From: a virus
Taxonomy: Duplodnaviria > Caudoviricetes
Length of the DNA stretch: 53,537 bases
IMG/VR virus record: IMGVR_UViG_3300031699_000001
Span: 1-53,537 of that record
Strand: one strand, 5' to 3'
Shown here: in pieces, positions 7,850 to 16,391 of the stretch
Layout: each line of letters opens with the position of its first letter
Position numbering within the stretch: position 1 is the stretch's first letter
Notes under the pieces: model-generated
Told to the model about the DNA's origin: nothing
Seen by the model: only the letters and a program-made list of their open reading frames with translations
The model's database searches: none
Program-made: the position numbers and the translations under genes

Positions 7850-10144
7850 TCAATCAAATAATGATATTTCATTTTGTTTTAATAATTCCTCTGCCTGTAA
7901 ACAGTATTTTATAGATTCATTATAATAACTTTCTTTTAATTCAATCCCTAATCCCCTGCGGTTTAATAATAATGATTGATATATTTCACTTCCTATTCCT
8001 GCAAAAGGAGTAAATACCACATCTTCAGGATTAGTCCATAACTCAACACACTTTTCTATTACATCTAACTGTAAAGGGCATATGTGTTTTTCATCTTCAT
8101 TATCTCTTGCCATTTGTTTATTTAATACATTTGTTTGTTGTATATTAAACCATGCTCTTTGCATTAAATCACGTTCCCAAAGATCGTATTGATCTCTTAA
8201 TTCTTTTCCAAAGTCATCATCTTTAGTCGTATATATTGGCGAAGCGTATTCTTGCCATTTATTTAATTTAAAGTTTTCATGAGTCTTTGTATTTACCGGG
8301 TCAACATCTCCGGCATCTGTCCACTTCCGAAATACAACTATATAATCAGGGAGACCAACTCTTGAATAAGTTGAGTCTTTTCTTAATTGTTTATATAATA
8401 GTCCATGACTTTTGGTCCTTTGCATTTCAATTACCGGGTCCTTCCAAATTGTAATCTCAGTATGGAATATAAAACCATGATTTTGAAAAGCTCTTATAAT
8501 ATCACCTCTAAAATCTCTTATACCACTTGCACCGTCTCGATTTATATAATTAACTAATTGCTTGCAATGCACCGCACATAATCGCCCGCTTTTTAATATT
8601 CTATATAACTCAGGAATTAAAAAATTAAACTGAGTAAAAAACTCCACGTCATCTGCAGTATTTCCCATATCTCTAAAAGAATCGGAATAGATATATAGCT
8701 GTGAAAAAGGAGGGCTGAATATCTGAAAGTCTACGCTATCAGAATCAATAGTTTTAATCTCTTGAATACTATCGCCGTTAATAATTTTAAATCTTTCACT
8801 TTCAAACTCTTGTTTATTATATTCCATATGAAACTCCCTTTTATTATTTATATTGAAATATTCTTTGAAAAACTTCATTTTTTCTTTCATCTCTTCATGT
8901 CTTAACATTTTTTCATTTACGATATTATATATTTCATTCTCATAAATAGATAATATTTTATAAATATTAACTTCGTGAGTTTGTCCAAATCGCCAAAATC
9001 TTCTAATTAGCTGATAATAATTTTCATAACTATAAGATATTCCACAAAGTATCGTATTATAACAATTTTGAAAGTTCATTCCAAAACCAAATATTGAGCT
9101 TTTAGATATGAGTATTCTTATTTTACCATCTATAAAATCCATTGCAGCTTGTTCTTTTTTCTCGATGCTGTCATTCCCTCTAATTTCGACAGATTCTTTT
9201 ATATTGGATTTTAAAACATCCGCTTCATGGTTAGTGTCTACCCATATGACAAATTGCTTTTCTTTCTTAGATTCTAATATATCTGTTATTTTTTCCAGTT
9301 TATATTTTACGGTATTTTTTCTTATTTTATGATAATTAGTTGCATTAACTTCCGGAATATAAAATAACATTCCTTCGTCCGGCTCAATATCTAACTCTTT
9401 AACTTCAATAGTATGTTCTACTTTATTAGGAAGTTTAAAATTTCCATCTTCATAACCTAGATCAGAGGGTTTTTCTATTGATACGGCCCAACTTGACACC
9501 CATTTCCAAAAGTCTTTCTCAGCATGTTTTTTTATTCTATATTTTCCAGTATTCATTGTGTCTAATATAAACCAGCATGAAAGAGCTTCATTACTTCGCA
9601 TTATTCCTAAAAACTCAGAGTGATTTAATAATTCCATGTGATCGTTAGGGCTCGGTGTTGCCGTACAACATAGTTTGTATTTTGTGTTTTTAAACATATT
9701 AGTTATTTTCTTTTTTGTCTTGCCTGTATATGCCTTTAAAATACTTGACTCGTCCAATACAACTCCAATATAATCATCTGGGTTTATATGATCTATATTT
9801 TCATAATTTATAATGTTAATACCTTTTTTTAATCCATTCTCTCTATAACTATTAACCTCAATATTAAACTTTTTACCCTCTCGAATAGTTTGTTTTGATA
9901 CACAAAGAGGCGCAATTATTATAATATTCCCATTTTCTTTTTTTGATATTATATCTGACCAAGATAGTTGCATCGGACTTTTACCTAATCCGCAATCTGC
10001 AAATATAGCAGACTTACCCCGTTTTAAAGCCCATTTAACTATATCTCTTTGGAATGGGAATAAAAACTCATGTACTTCGCCTGTTTCAAATCCTGAAGGC
10101 ATACACTTTCGTTCTTTTGTTTTTAAAAATTCTTGATAATCCAT
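7850..10144 (-). CDS. SNF2-type helicase fused to an N4/N6 DNA methyltransferase
   Basis: N-terminal half: ADCGLGKS (Walker A), VLDESS, TATP, QLIRRFWRFGQ. C-terminal half: FSPPF (motif IV), HICPLQ and PFAGIGS (motif I) in beta-class order. Confidence 0.92.
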   Translation of the reverse strand: MDYQEFLKTKERKCMPSGFETGEVHEFLFPFQRDIVKWALKRGKSAIFADCGLGKSPMQLSWSDIISKKENGNIIIIAPLCVSKQTIREGKKFNIEVNSYRENGLKKGINIINYENIDHINPDDYIGVVLDESSILKAYTGKTKKKITNMFKNTKYKLCCTATPSPNDHMELLNHSEFLGIMRSNEALSCWFILDTMNTGKYRIKKHAEKDFWKWVSSWAVSIEKPSDLGYEDGNFKLPNKVEHTIEVKELDIEPDEGMLFYIPEVNATNYHKIRKNTVKYKLEKITDILESKKEKQFVIWVDTNHEADVLKSNIKESVEIRGNDSIEKKEQAAMDFIDGKIRILISKSSIFGFGMNFQNCYNTILCGISYSYENYYQLIRRFWRFGQTHEVNIYKILSIYENEIYNIVNEKMLRHEEMKEKMKFFKEYFNINNKREFHMEYNKQEFESERFKIINGDSIQEIKTIDSDSVDFQIFSPPFSQLYIYSDSFRDMGNTADDVEFFTQFNFLIPELYRILKSGRLCAVHCKQLVNYINRDGASGIRDFRGDIIRAFQNHGFIFHTEITIWKDPVIEMQRTKSHGLLYKQLRKDSTYSRVGLPDYIVVFRKWTDAGDVDPVNTKTHENFKLNKWQEYASPIYTTKDDDFGKELRDQYDLWERDLMQRAWFNIQQTNVLNKQMARDNEDEKHICPLQLDVIEKCVELWTNPEDVVFTPFAGIGSEIYQSLLLNRRGLGIELKESYYNESIKYCLQAEELLKQNEISLFD

Positions 10145-10145
10145 T

Positions 10146-10352
10146 TTAAATTATTCCTTCCAATTCAGATTTATGATAAATCAACTTATCACATGTTTTA
10201 ATATACTTGTTTATTTTCTTTTTAGCCTTTGTACTTTCAATCATCTTTTTAAACCATGTTTTTTGATTAACACCATCAATAGAATTAACTTTGTTTAAAC
10301 TTTTAATAAACTCTAAATCTTTTTTTGTAGGATTAACACTTCTATCATACAT
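10146..10352 (-). CDS. Hypothetical basic protein
   Basis: 68 aa, purine-rich RBS, immediately downstream of a promoter. Confidence 0.5.
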   Translation of the reverse strand: MYDRSVNPTKKDLEFIKSLNKVNSIDGVNQKTWFKKMIESTKAKKKINKYIKTCDKLIYHKSELEGII

Positions 10353-10372
10353 TTGTTTCCCCCTTTTCCCTT

Positions 10373-10401
10373 ACAATACTACCCTTTTATATATGTATCA
10401 A
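10373..10401 (-). promoter_or_regulatory. Sigma70-like promoter upstream of the helicase-MTase
   Basis: TTGATA-N17-TATTGT. Confidence 0.5.
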
Positions 10402-10414
10402 GTATATTTAATGA

Positions 10415-10645
10415 TTATTTACAATTTAATTCTGTTAATTTTGACCGCCACACATATCTAATTCTTTGTATATGGTTATAGCCTTTCCAATATCTATTTC
10501 CAAAAACTAATATTTTACATTTACCGGATTTTGTTTTTTTCAATACCAAACATTTCATCGTATATTCATACCTGCTTCGGCATATACAATGCTTACAATG
10601 CAATAAATGAGTTGCGTCATCTATGCTATATATTGTTTCATTCAT
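10415..10645 (-). CDS. Hypothetical phage protein
   Basis: 76-aa basic ORF. Confidence 0.55.
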   Translation of the reverse strand: MNETIYSIDDATHLLHCKHCICRSRYEYTMKCLVLKKTKSGKCKILVFGNRYWKGYNHIQRIRYVWRSKLTELNCK

Positions 10646-10646
10646 C

Positions 10647-10862
10647 TTACTTACTCCTTAACTCTTTTGTAGTGTTAATAAAATCAATCATCTCTTTTAA
10701 CGTGCCATAGTTGTTTATTTTTTCATCGTTTTTATAAACGGTTAAAATACATTCATGATTGCAGCGATCTTCATAGAAATATTCTAAATGGATGTCAATA
10801 TCACCATCGATCATTCGTATAAACAGGCTCGGTGAATCTGTAATGCTTAATGTTGTTTGCAT
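10647..10862 (-). CDS. Hypothetical protein
   Basis: 71 aa, AAGGAG RBS. Confidence 0.55.
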   Translation of the reverse strand: MQTTLSITDSPSLFIRMIDGDIDIHLEYFYEDRCNHECILTVYKNDEKINNYGTLKEMIDFINTTKELRSK

Positions 10863-10995
10863 GCTAACTCCTTTGTAGTGTTATCCCAAATAATATGTGA
10901 GGCAACATACCGGCCAAGGAGTCGCCTCACTTAATCAAGAATATTTAAACTCTAAGCATACAGCAATAGAGTAAAAACCATTATAATATAACACT

Positions 10996-11280
10996 CTAAT
11001 AAGCTCTAAAGCCTTTAAACTTTTCATGATGAATCCATCTTTTAAACCATATTTTTGACAACTTGCTAAAAGCATAATTATATATAAAACAAGGTACATA
11101 AATATTTAATTTCTTAAATTTATCATAGCTAGAAAATGGAAACCAGTTTAAAGTATTGTAATGTAATGGTGAATCTATATGTTTACATGATACTTTCCAT
11201 CCTATAATTCTATTATCAACTAACCAAACACACATTCCTATTTTTTTAAATATTTTATTCATTTGTTTTTCTCCTATCAT
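10996..11280 (-). CDS. Hypothetical protein
   Basis: 94-aa ORF; the true start is probably the second Met. Confidence 0.5.
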   Translation of the reverse strand: MIGEKQMNKIFKKIGMCVWLVDNRIIGWKVSCKHIDSPLHYNTLNWFPFSSYDKFKKLNIYVPCFIYNYAFSKLSKIWFKRWIHHEKFKGFRAY

Positions 11281-11938
11281 TTCCAGTAAGTTCTATTAGA
11301 TCGGTTACATTGCTTAACCTGCTAGCTATCCGCATTGCGGTATCATCGTTTATATTTTTCATTTCTTTAACCCATTCGTTTATTGATAGGTTGCTTGTAA
11401 TATATAGTTTTTTGTTGTGTTCTAAAACATAATCGAATAATACAAAATACCAGTCGAGTAAATATTTATTTCTGTTTTCGTTTTTACTTAATCCAAAATC
11501 ATCAATAGCCTCAATGTTTTTTTGCTCACCTTCTTCATATTTAATATTATACTCTTTCACTATATTTAAGTTTGATCTAAAATCTTTAAACTCTTTTATT
11601 CTATCAATCGATATTGCATATAAGCTGTATGTTTTTCCGGTGCCGGCCTTTCCACATAGCCAGCAAAAATTTTTATTATTGCTTTTAAAATTAAGAATCC
11701 TTTTATCTATATTTTTTATATCTGCATTTCTATATATTGCAGGTATGCTACTATTTATTAAACCATTAAGATATCTTTCATTTGCTTCATTATTAAATCT
11801 TAATGTTTCTTTTCTATCTTCTTCTTCTAAATATTTATCATACTCTTCAATAGTCATTCCTAACTTATCAGCATTCTCTTTTTTCTTTATCATCATTGAC
11901 TTCATTATATCGTCAAATACGCTTTTAATATCATTCAT
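11255..11938 (-). CDS. DnaC/IstB-like ATPase (helicase loader)
   Basis: IPAIYRNA, Walker A GKAGTGKT, Walker B IDDFG, ITSNL, RIASRL, GNDRR. Start moved to MNDIK, which has a CAGGAG RBS. Confidence 0.88.
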   Translation of the reverse strand: MNDIKSVFDDIMKSMMIKKKENADKLGMTIEEYDKYLEEEDRKETLRFNNEANERYLNGLINSSIPAIYRNADIKNIDKRILNFKSNNKNFCWLCGKAGTGKTYSLYAISIDRIKEFKDFRSNLNIVKEYNIKYEEGEQKNIEAIDDFGLSKNENRNKYLLDWYFVLFDYVLEHNKKLYITSNLSINEWVKEMKNINDDTAMRIASRLSNVTDLIELTGNDRRKTNE

Positions 11939-11939
11939 T

Positions 11940-12725
11940 TTAAACTCCTGCAATTGTAAAATCTTCATCGTTATATTTAGAATTAACATTCCCGTTAATT
12001 TTCTCATTTAGATAACTTTCAAATTTAGTTCCGAATAAAGTTTCCGGCCGTAAATATATGCACATTTTATTATCCCTTAGCCATTGAGAACATTTATTAT
12101 CGATAACTTTTTTAAAGTCATCAACAGTCCACTTTTCATTTAATCTTGCTTGTATAAAAGAGATATTCTTTTTACTATTACTTCTAAAAGAAGTTGAAGC
12201 TTTTAGATTTAGGTAGTCAATTATAGTTTCTATCTCTCTCTTTAACTCTATATTTAACTCTTTCTCTATATCTAACTCTGGCGGACGTTTGTCCGCAAAT
12301 GTCCCATTTTTGTCCACATTTGCTAATTGCTGACTATTGCAAGATTTAAGACGGTCTCTATACTGCTTTTTCCTCTCACCCTCGGTACTACTTTGACCAA
12401 TAAAATTCTGTATATCTGCAATAAATATCTCTCCTGTTCTCATTATTTCAACTATCCCAAGGTCTTTTGCAAGGTTCAGGGCATGCATTACATGATCAGG
12501 ATCATGACCTATCACCTTAGACAATACCTCTATTTTATCTGCTTTATATGGGATGTATTCATTTATTTTTAATTGTCCGTCAAACTTTAAGGATTTTAAA
12601 TAAAGCTTTAAAAGCACTAAAGAATATATATATCCGTTTTCCATTGACTCTATGACTTTGATATGATCTTGATCAAAGTAGTTTTCTTTAAACTTAAGAT
12701 AATAATATTTTTTATTTTCGCTCAC
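11940..12725 (-). CDS. Phage replisome organizer / replication initiator
   Basis: N-terminal KKYYYLKFKENYF...LKLYLKSLK and C-terminal IIDYLN...FKKVIDNK...YLRPETLFGTKFESYLN; adjacent to the DnaC-like gene. Confidence 0.9.
   Translation of the reverse strand: MSENKKYYYLKFKENYFDQDHIKVIESMENGYIYSLVLLKLYLKSLKFDGQLKINEYIPYKADKIEVLSKVIGHDPDHVMHALNLAKDLGIVEIMRTGEIFIADIQNFIGQSSTEGERKKQYRDRLKSCNSQQLANVDKNGTFADKRPPELDIEKELNIELKREIETIIDYLNLKASTSFRSNSKKNISFIQARLNEKWTVDDFKKVIDNKCSQWLRDNKMCIYLRPETLFGTKFESYLNEKINGNVNSKYNDEDFTIAGV
12281..12321. other. Candidate replication origin (iteron-like repeats inside the initiator gene)
   Basis: Inverted repeat GCGGAC-gttt-GTCCGC and three TGTCC repeats in the linker-coding region, as in lambdoid-type initiators. 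Confidence 0.45.
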
Positions 12726-12740
12726 GCTTACCCCCAGATC

Positions 12741-12831
12741 AAAACAAAAAGGACTTATTCAAGCCGACTTGGCGGATCGGGGTACGCCTAAAACGCCAGC
12801 TTAAATAAGTCCTCATGATCCCCCGATCATC
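12741..12831 (-). promoter_or_regulatory. Structured leader / attenuator of the replication genes
   Basis: Long stem AGGACTTATTTAAGC/GCTTGAATAAGTCCT plus U-tract; the 5' GATCGGGG can pair with internal CCCCGATC. Confidence 0.6.
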
Positions 12832-12834
12832 TAC

Positions 12835-12863
12835 ACTTTACTAAAAATAACTGCCTTTGTCAA
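12835..12863 (-). promoter_or_regulatory. Sigma70-like promoter for the replication genes
   Basis: TTGACA-N17-TAAAGT directly upstream of the structured leader. Confidence 0.6.
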
Positions 12864-13045
12864 GATTTATATTTGCTTGTTAGTTCTAATAAATATACTC
12901 CTGTTTTGCCTATTTCTGATCGTTTGTAGTAATATTTATGCTTAAGATTATAGCATTTTATTTTGCATTTATGAGAACAATATATTTGATTTCTTCTTTT
13001 TAGCATAAACTCTTTATTGCAAACAGGGCATTGTTTTTTATTCAT
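12860..13045 (-). CDS. Small Zn-finger protein
   Basis: CPVCNKEF...YCSHKC. Confidence 0.6.
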   Translation of the reverse strand: MNKKQCPVCNKEFMLKRRNQIYCSHKCKIKCYNLKHKYYYKRSEIGKTGVYLLELTSKYKS

Positions 13046-13346
13046 TTATAATTTTGCCACAATAAATACATTTTTGTCTATTACGACTACCCCATTTATA
13101 CGAAGCATTTATATATTTATGCTTACATATATTTTCTATTTTATCTTCCATAAAACGTAAATCTTTTGGGCTTGTTGAACATCCAGTATAATCTTGATAT
13201 TTATCCCATTCATTGTTACATTTATAAACAACAAATATATTATATTCATTCCAGCTTTTTATTTTGCCTTTTCCTTCTTTGAATCCGTCATTATATATAA
13301 CCCATCTTCCTACATCATTTTTTGTCAATTCATTTAGTTTAATCAT
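13038..13346 (-). CDS. Hypothetical phage protein
   Basis: Start placed at MIKLNE after an AGGGGG RBS; C-terminal CKH...CIYC. Confidence 0.6.
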   Translation of the reverse strand: MIKLNELTKNDVGRWVIYNDGFKEGKGKIKSWNEYNIFVVYKCNNEWDKYQDYTGCSTSPKDLRFMEDKIENICKHKYINASYKWGSRNRQKCIYCGKIINE

Positions 13347-13547
13347 CTTTCCCCCTTTAACTCTTTTTTCATTGTTTACTCCTTTAAAATAGAGGCCAGC
13401 TAATCTGCTTGGGGGGACTGCCAGCCTCATTGAATTAAGAATGCTTCTTACTTACCTTTATTTTTGTAAGTATTTCATCTATCTTTTCGCCTAATACATA
13501 GGCTAGTAAGATCGTTAGTAAGATTGCTGGTAATAGTAGTAGTTTTT

Positions 13548-14195
13548 TCATTCGGTTACTCCTAGTTGTTGTAATATACTTCTAATTGTTTGCCACAAAT
13601 CAACAAAATAACTATATTTATATTTTTCTTTAAATTCTAATATTCCATTATCATACCAACTAGCAACATTTTTATTCCTTAACATCTCTTTTAATATTTT
13701 AATTATAGCATCATCAATTTTTGGCTTTTGTTGTTTTAGTTTCTTGATATATTCAATCGCATGCGGAATACATCTTTTACCGTGCATTTTACATTCTGGA
13801 ATTATATTTAATAATCTATCATTTTCTTCTAATAATTTTTCATCAATATATATTTCTTTTTCCAACTGCCTTATTTTATTATTAAGATTTATTTCTATAT
13901 CTAATAAGGCATTGCGTTCCGTTAAAAGGCTTTCAAAAGCGCCGTTTGATTCTTCGATTTCTTCATCTTTTTGCTGTATAATCTCGTCGATTGCGGATTG
14001 TGCAAGTTCAACTATATCTAGTTTTTCCATTTTATCAGACCAACTAGCATAATCAATCATATCATTCCATTCATCCAGCTTTGATTGTTTATTCTCGTTT
14101 TTATCGTTTTTTGCTTGATTTTGCACTTTTATTAACTCGTTTATTTTATCTTTCAAATCCTCAGGTGTATATTTATTGCCTATTTCTTCAATCAT
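13548..14195 (-). CDS. Coiled-coil hypothetical protein
   Basis: 215 aa, heptad-rich, with an IPECKMHG..CIPHA motif. Confidence 0.6.
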   Translation of the reverse strand: MIEEIGNKYTPEDLKDKINELIKVQNQAKNDKNENKQSKLDEWNDMIDYASWSDKMEKLDIVELAQSAIDEIIQQKDEEIEESNGAFESLLTERNALLDIEINLNNKIRQLEKEIYIDEKLLEENDRLLNIIPECKMHGKRCIPHAIEYIKKLKQQKPKIDDAIIKILKEMLRNKNVASWYDNGILEFKEKYKYSYFVDLWQTIRSILQQLGVTE

Positions 14196-14431
14196 TTTGT
14201 TCCCCCTTGTTTTCTAGCATGTAGTTAATGTATATTTGTTTTTTTATGGATTAAGTTTATACATTTTTGACATAAATGGATCGATGCCATTTGTAAATTG
14301 TCTTTGCCTATAGATATTCTAAAAATATTGTTATCTGTGTTTTCAATACCGCATGATTGACATTGAAAATACTTAGCAATATTGTCTATAATTTCAATCA
14401 TTATGTTCTCTCCTTTGGTTTATATATTGCT

Positions 14432-14459
14432 ATTGTAGCTCTACTCTCGACATCGTCAA
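14432..14459 (-). promoter_or_regulatory. Sigma70-like promoter
   Basis: TTGACG-N16-TACAAT upstream of an AAGGAG RBS. Confidence 0.45.
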
Positions 14460-14501
14460 GATATTTTACATATTCGTCAAACTCTTTGTATTCTTTTTCA
14501 G

Positions 14502-14732
14502 TCATAATGTCCACCTCTTCATTCTAGCCCATTCAAGCAAGTCAAATAAATACCATTTATCATGGCAATAACTAACATTAACCCAACCAGTTTCCCAGTT
14601 ACCATCTTCATTTTTAATCATACCTTTATAATTTGGGTTAAGTTTTTTAAAGTCTCGATCATCCAACCTCTCACCAATAGCTTTAATGCAATGCCATTCT
14701 TTACGACGTCTTATTTGTCTATATGTTTTCAT
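14502..14732 (-). CDS. Hypothetical protein
   Basis: 76 aa, GAGG RBS. Confidence 0.55.
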   Translation of the reverse strand: MKTYRQIRRRKEWHCIKAIGERLDDRDFKKLNPNYKGMIKNEDGNWETGWVNVSYCHDKWYLFDLLEWARMKRWTL

Positions 14733-14753
14733 ATTAACCTCACTTAAAAATAA

Positions 14754-15054
14754 GGGTAGGATATTACCCGTTCCGCACCTTCCGGCCGATACCTAACTAG
14801 GATTTTATGTATCGTTTATCGGTATTTAGCTAGCATAAAAAATTATCCTACCCAGTCCCAAAGATGATAACCCATTCCCTACACGTCTGTAGGTCGTACT
14901 TGTTAATTCAAGTCGGCTGGTTCGCATCATCTCAGTACATCGAGAGCTAAGCGTCCCGGGTCTTATAATAATAATCCTCAATTTTCCACCGACATTTCAG
15001 AGCCTATTTACTCATTGCAAGTCGATGATAGTTTCCATTTAGGCTTTTGGATTA
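14754..15054 (-). ncRNA. Cluster of three tandem structured RNA elements
   Basis: GC-enriched ORF-free gap. Stems GGGTAGGATA/TATCCTACCC (14754-14853); AGATGAT/ATCATCT with ACTTG/CAAGT and CCTACA/TGTAGG hairpins (14857-14960); TAATCC/GGATTA with AGCCTA/TAGGCT (14972-15054). Confidence 0.6.
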
Positions 15055-15071
15055 AGTCATCATAGTTTCAA

Positions 15072-15608
15072 TTACCAATTATTAAACTCGTTTCTAGTTA
15101 CATCAAATAAATCTGATAACCAATCATAACATTTATTAGCCATTTCATCAAATATCAATTCATCTAAACTATCAAAGTCTTGGCTGGCTACCTTTTGGAT
15201 AATATTACCGTCCGGAAGCATTTCTTCATCGAGTGGTAAAAATAACCATTTTAAAATATATCGCAATACTTCTAACTCATCTTTTAATTTTTCAAGTAAG
15301 CTATTTATAACCTCTTCTTTTATCAATCCTTTTGATATCATTCTTTGAAGGGCGTCATTTTTCGCACATAATCCAATCAATCTAAAAAAGTTCTTATGTT
15401 TCCATAAAATCCTTATATGGCTAATCGTTGCTTTAAAAGTACCATTCCATATTTTATTAAATACTTTTAAATCTTTTTCTCTGTCCGGATATGCAATAAA
15501 TACTTTCTTCTTATCAATGCCTTTTGACTCGACTATTTTATTTATTGCATCAAGCGTCATTTTATTTAAATAGATTGTTTTATGTTTCATAATTAAGCAC
15601 CTTGCCAC
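15072..15608 (-). CDS. NinB/DUF1367-like recombination-associated protein
   Basis: R..WKHKNFF...SQDFDSLDELIFDEM pattern; next to SSB. Confidence 0.5.
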   Translation of the reverse strand: MARCLIMKHKTIYLNKMTLDAINKIVESKGIDKKKVFIAYPDREKDLKVFNKIWNGTFKATISHIRILWKHKNFFRLIGLCAKNDALQRMISKGLIKEEVINSLLEKLKDELEVLRYILKWLFLPLDEEMLPDGNIIQKVASQDFDSLDELIFDEMANKCYDWLSDLFDVTRNEFNNW

Positions 15609-16012
15609 GGATCATCAAATCCATTATTTTGTTGATAGTCATTCGTTAATCCCTCGGCTTGACCTGATGGTTTACTATCACTTTTGCTATCAAGGAATTG
15701 AACTTGACTAGCATTTATGATAACCTTTGATCGTGTTTGATTCGTTGTTTTATCAGTCCATCGTTGCTGTTTATTTCTTCCAACAACACAAACTTGACTA
15801 CCTTTTTTTAAATACTTTTCACAGCTTACAGCTTGATTCCCCCAGACATCAATATCAAAATAATCTACAGTATCAACTTTTTGATCGCCCTGCATAAATG
15901 AATTATTATTTGCTATCGAAAAGTTAGTAACTGGATTCCCTGAGGGTGTATATTTAATTTCAGGGTCTTTAGTTAATCGTCCTATTATAGTTATTTGATT
16001 TATATCTCTCAT
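15593..16012 (-). CDS. ssb: Single-stranded DNA-binding protein
   Basis: NQITIIGRLTKDPEIKYTPSG..VTNFSIA, VWGNQA..CEKYLKKGSQV, acidic tail DDPW. Confidence 0.96.
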   Translation of the reverse strand: MRDINQITIIGRLTKDPEIKYTPSGNPVTNFSIANNNSFMQGDQKVDTVDYFDIDVWGNQAVSCEKYLKKGSQVCVVGRNKQQRWTDKTTNQTRSKVIINASQVQFLDSKSDSKPSGQAEGLTNDYQQNNGFDDPWQGA

Positions 16013-16380
16013 TATATTACTCCTGTTACTAAATTTTCAGATATTTCTTTTACAACATTATCGTGCATTGCGTTGGCTTTATCATCTGCATCAATTTCAG
16101 AGATTGCCCAGTTAGAATCAAAACTAATTTGTTTTTCTACATCTGCATCATAATATCTAGTGTTGTTATAATCCGCCTCAAATACCATAGTTTCATAATA
16201 TCTATTTAATCCTATTTCTTCATACTGATCTTTATCATTGTAATGCTTCATTAACCCAACTGTAGAAACTACAATTTTTTTGTCTTTATACTCCACTAAA
16301 GTATTTCTTCTAAAAAGACATCTATCGGCACAACAAAAATGTCCTGCCCATCCTCTTTCAGTTTTTTTAACTGTATTCAT
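16012..16380 (-). CDS. Conserved phage hypothetical protein
   Basis: ERGWAGHF...CLFRRNTL...YYETMVF. Confidence 0.65.
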   Translation of the reverse strand: MNTVKKTERGWAGHFCCADRCLFRRNTLVEYKDKKIVVSTVGLMKHYNDKDQYEEIGLNRYYETMVFEADYNNTRYYDADVEKQISFDSNWAISEIDADDKANAMHDNVVKEISENLVTGVI

Positions 16381-16391
16381 CTTATTCCCCC

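Noticed and set aside
12229-12279. taactct/tctata repeats
   Set aside because: They encode the ELDIEKELNIE low-complexity linker typical of replisome organizers.
13434-13551. tagtaagat repeats as regulatory iterons
   Set aside because: They are explained by a small Leu-rich minus-strand ORF (MKKLLLLPAILLTILLAYVLG...).
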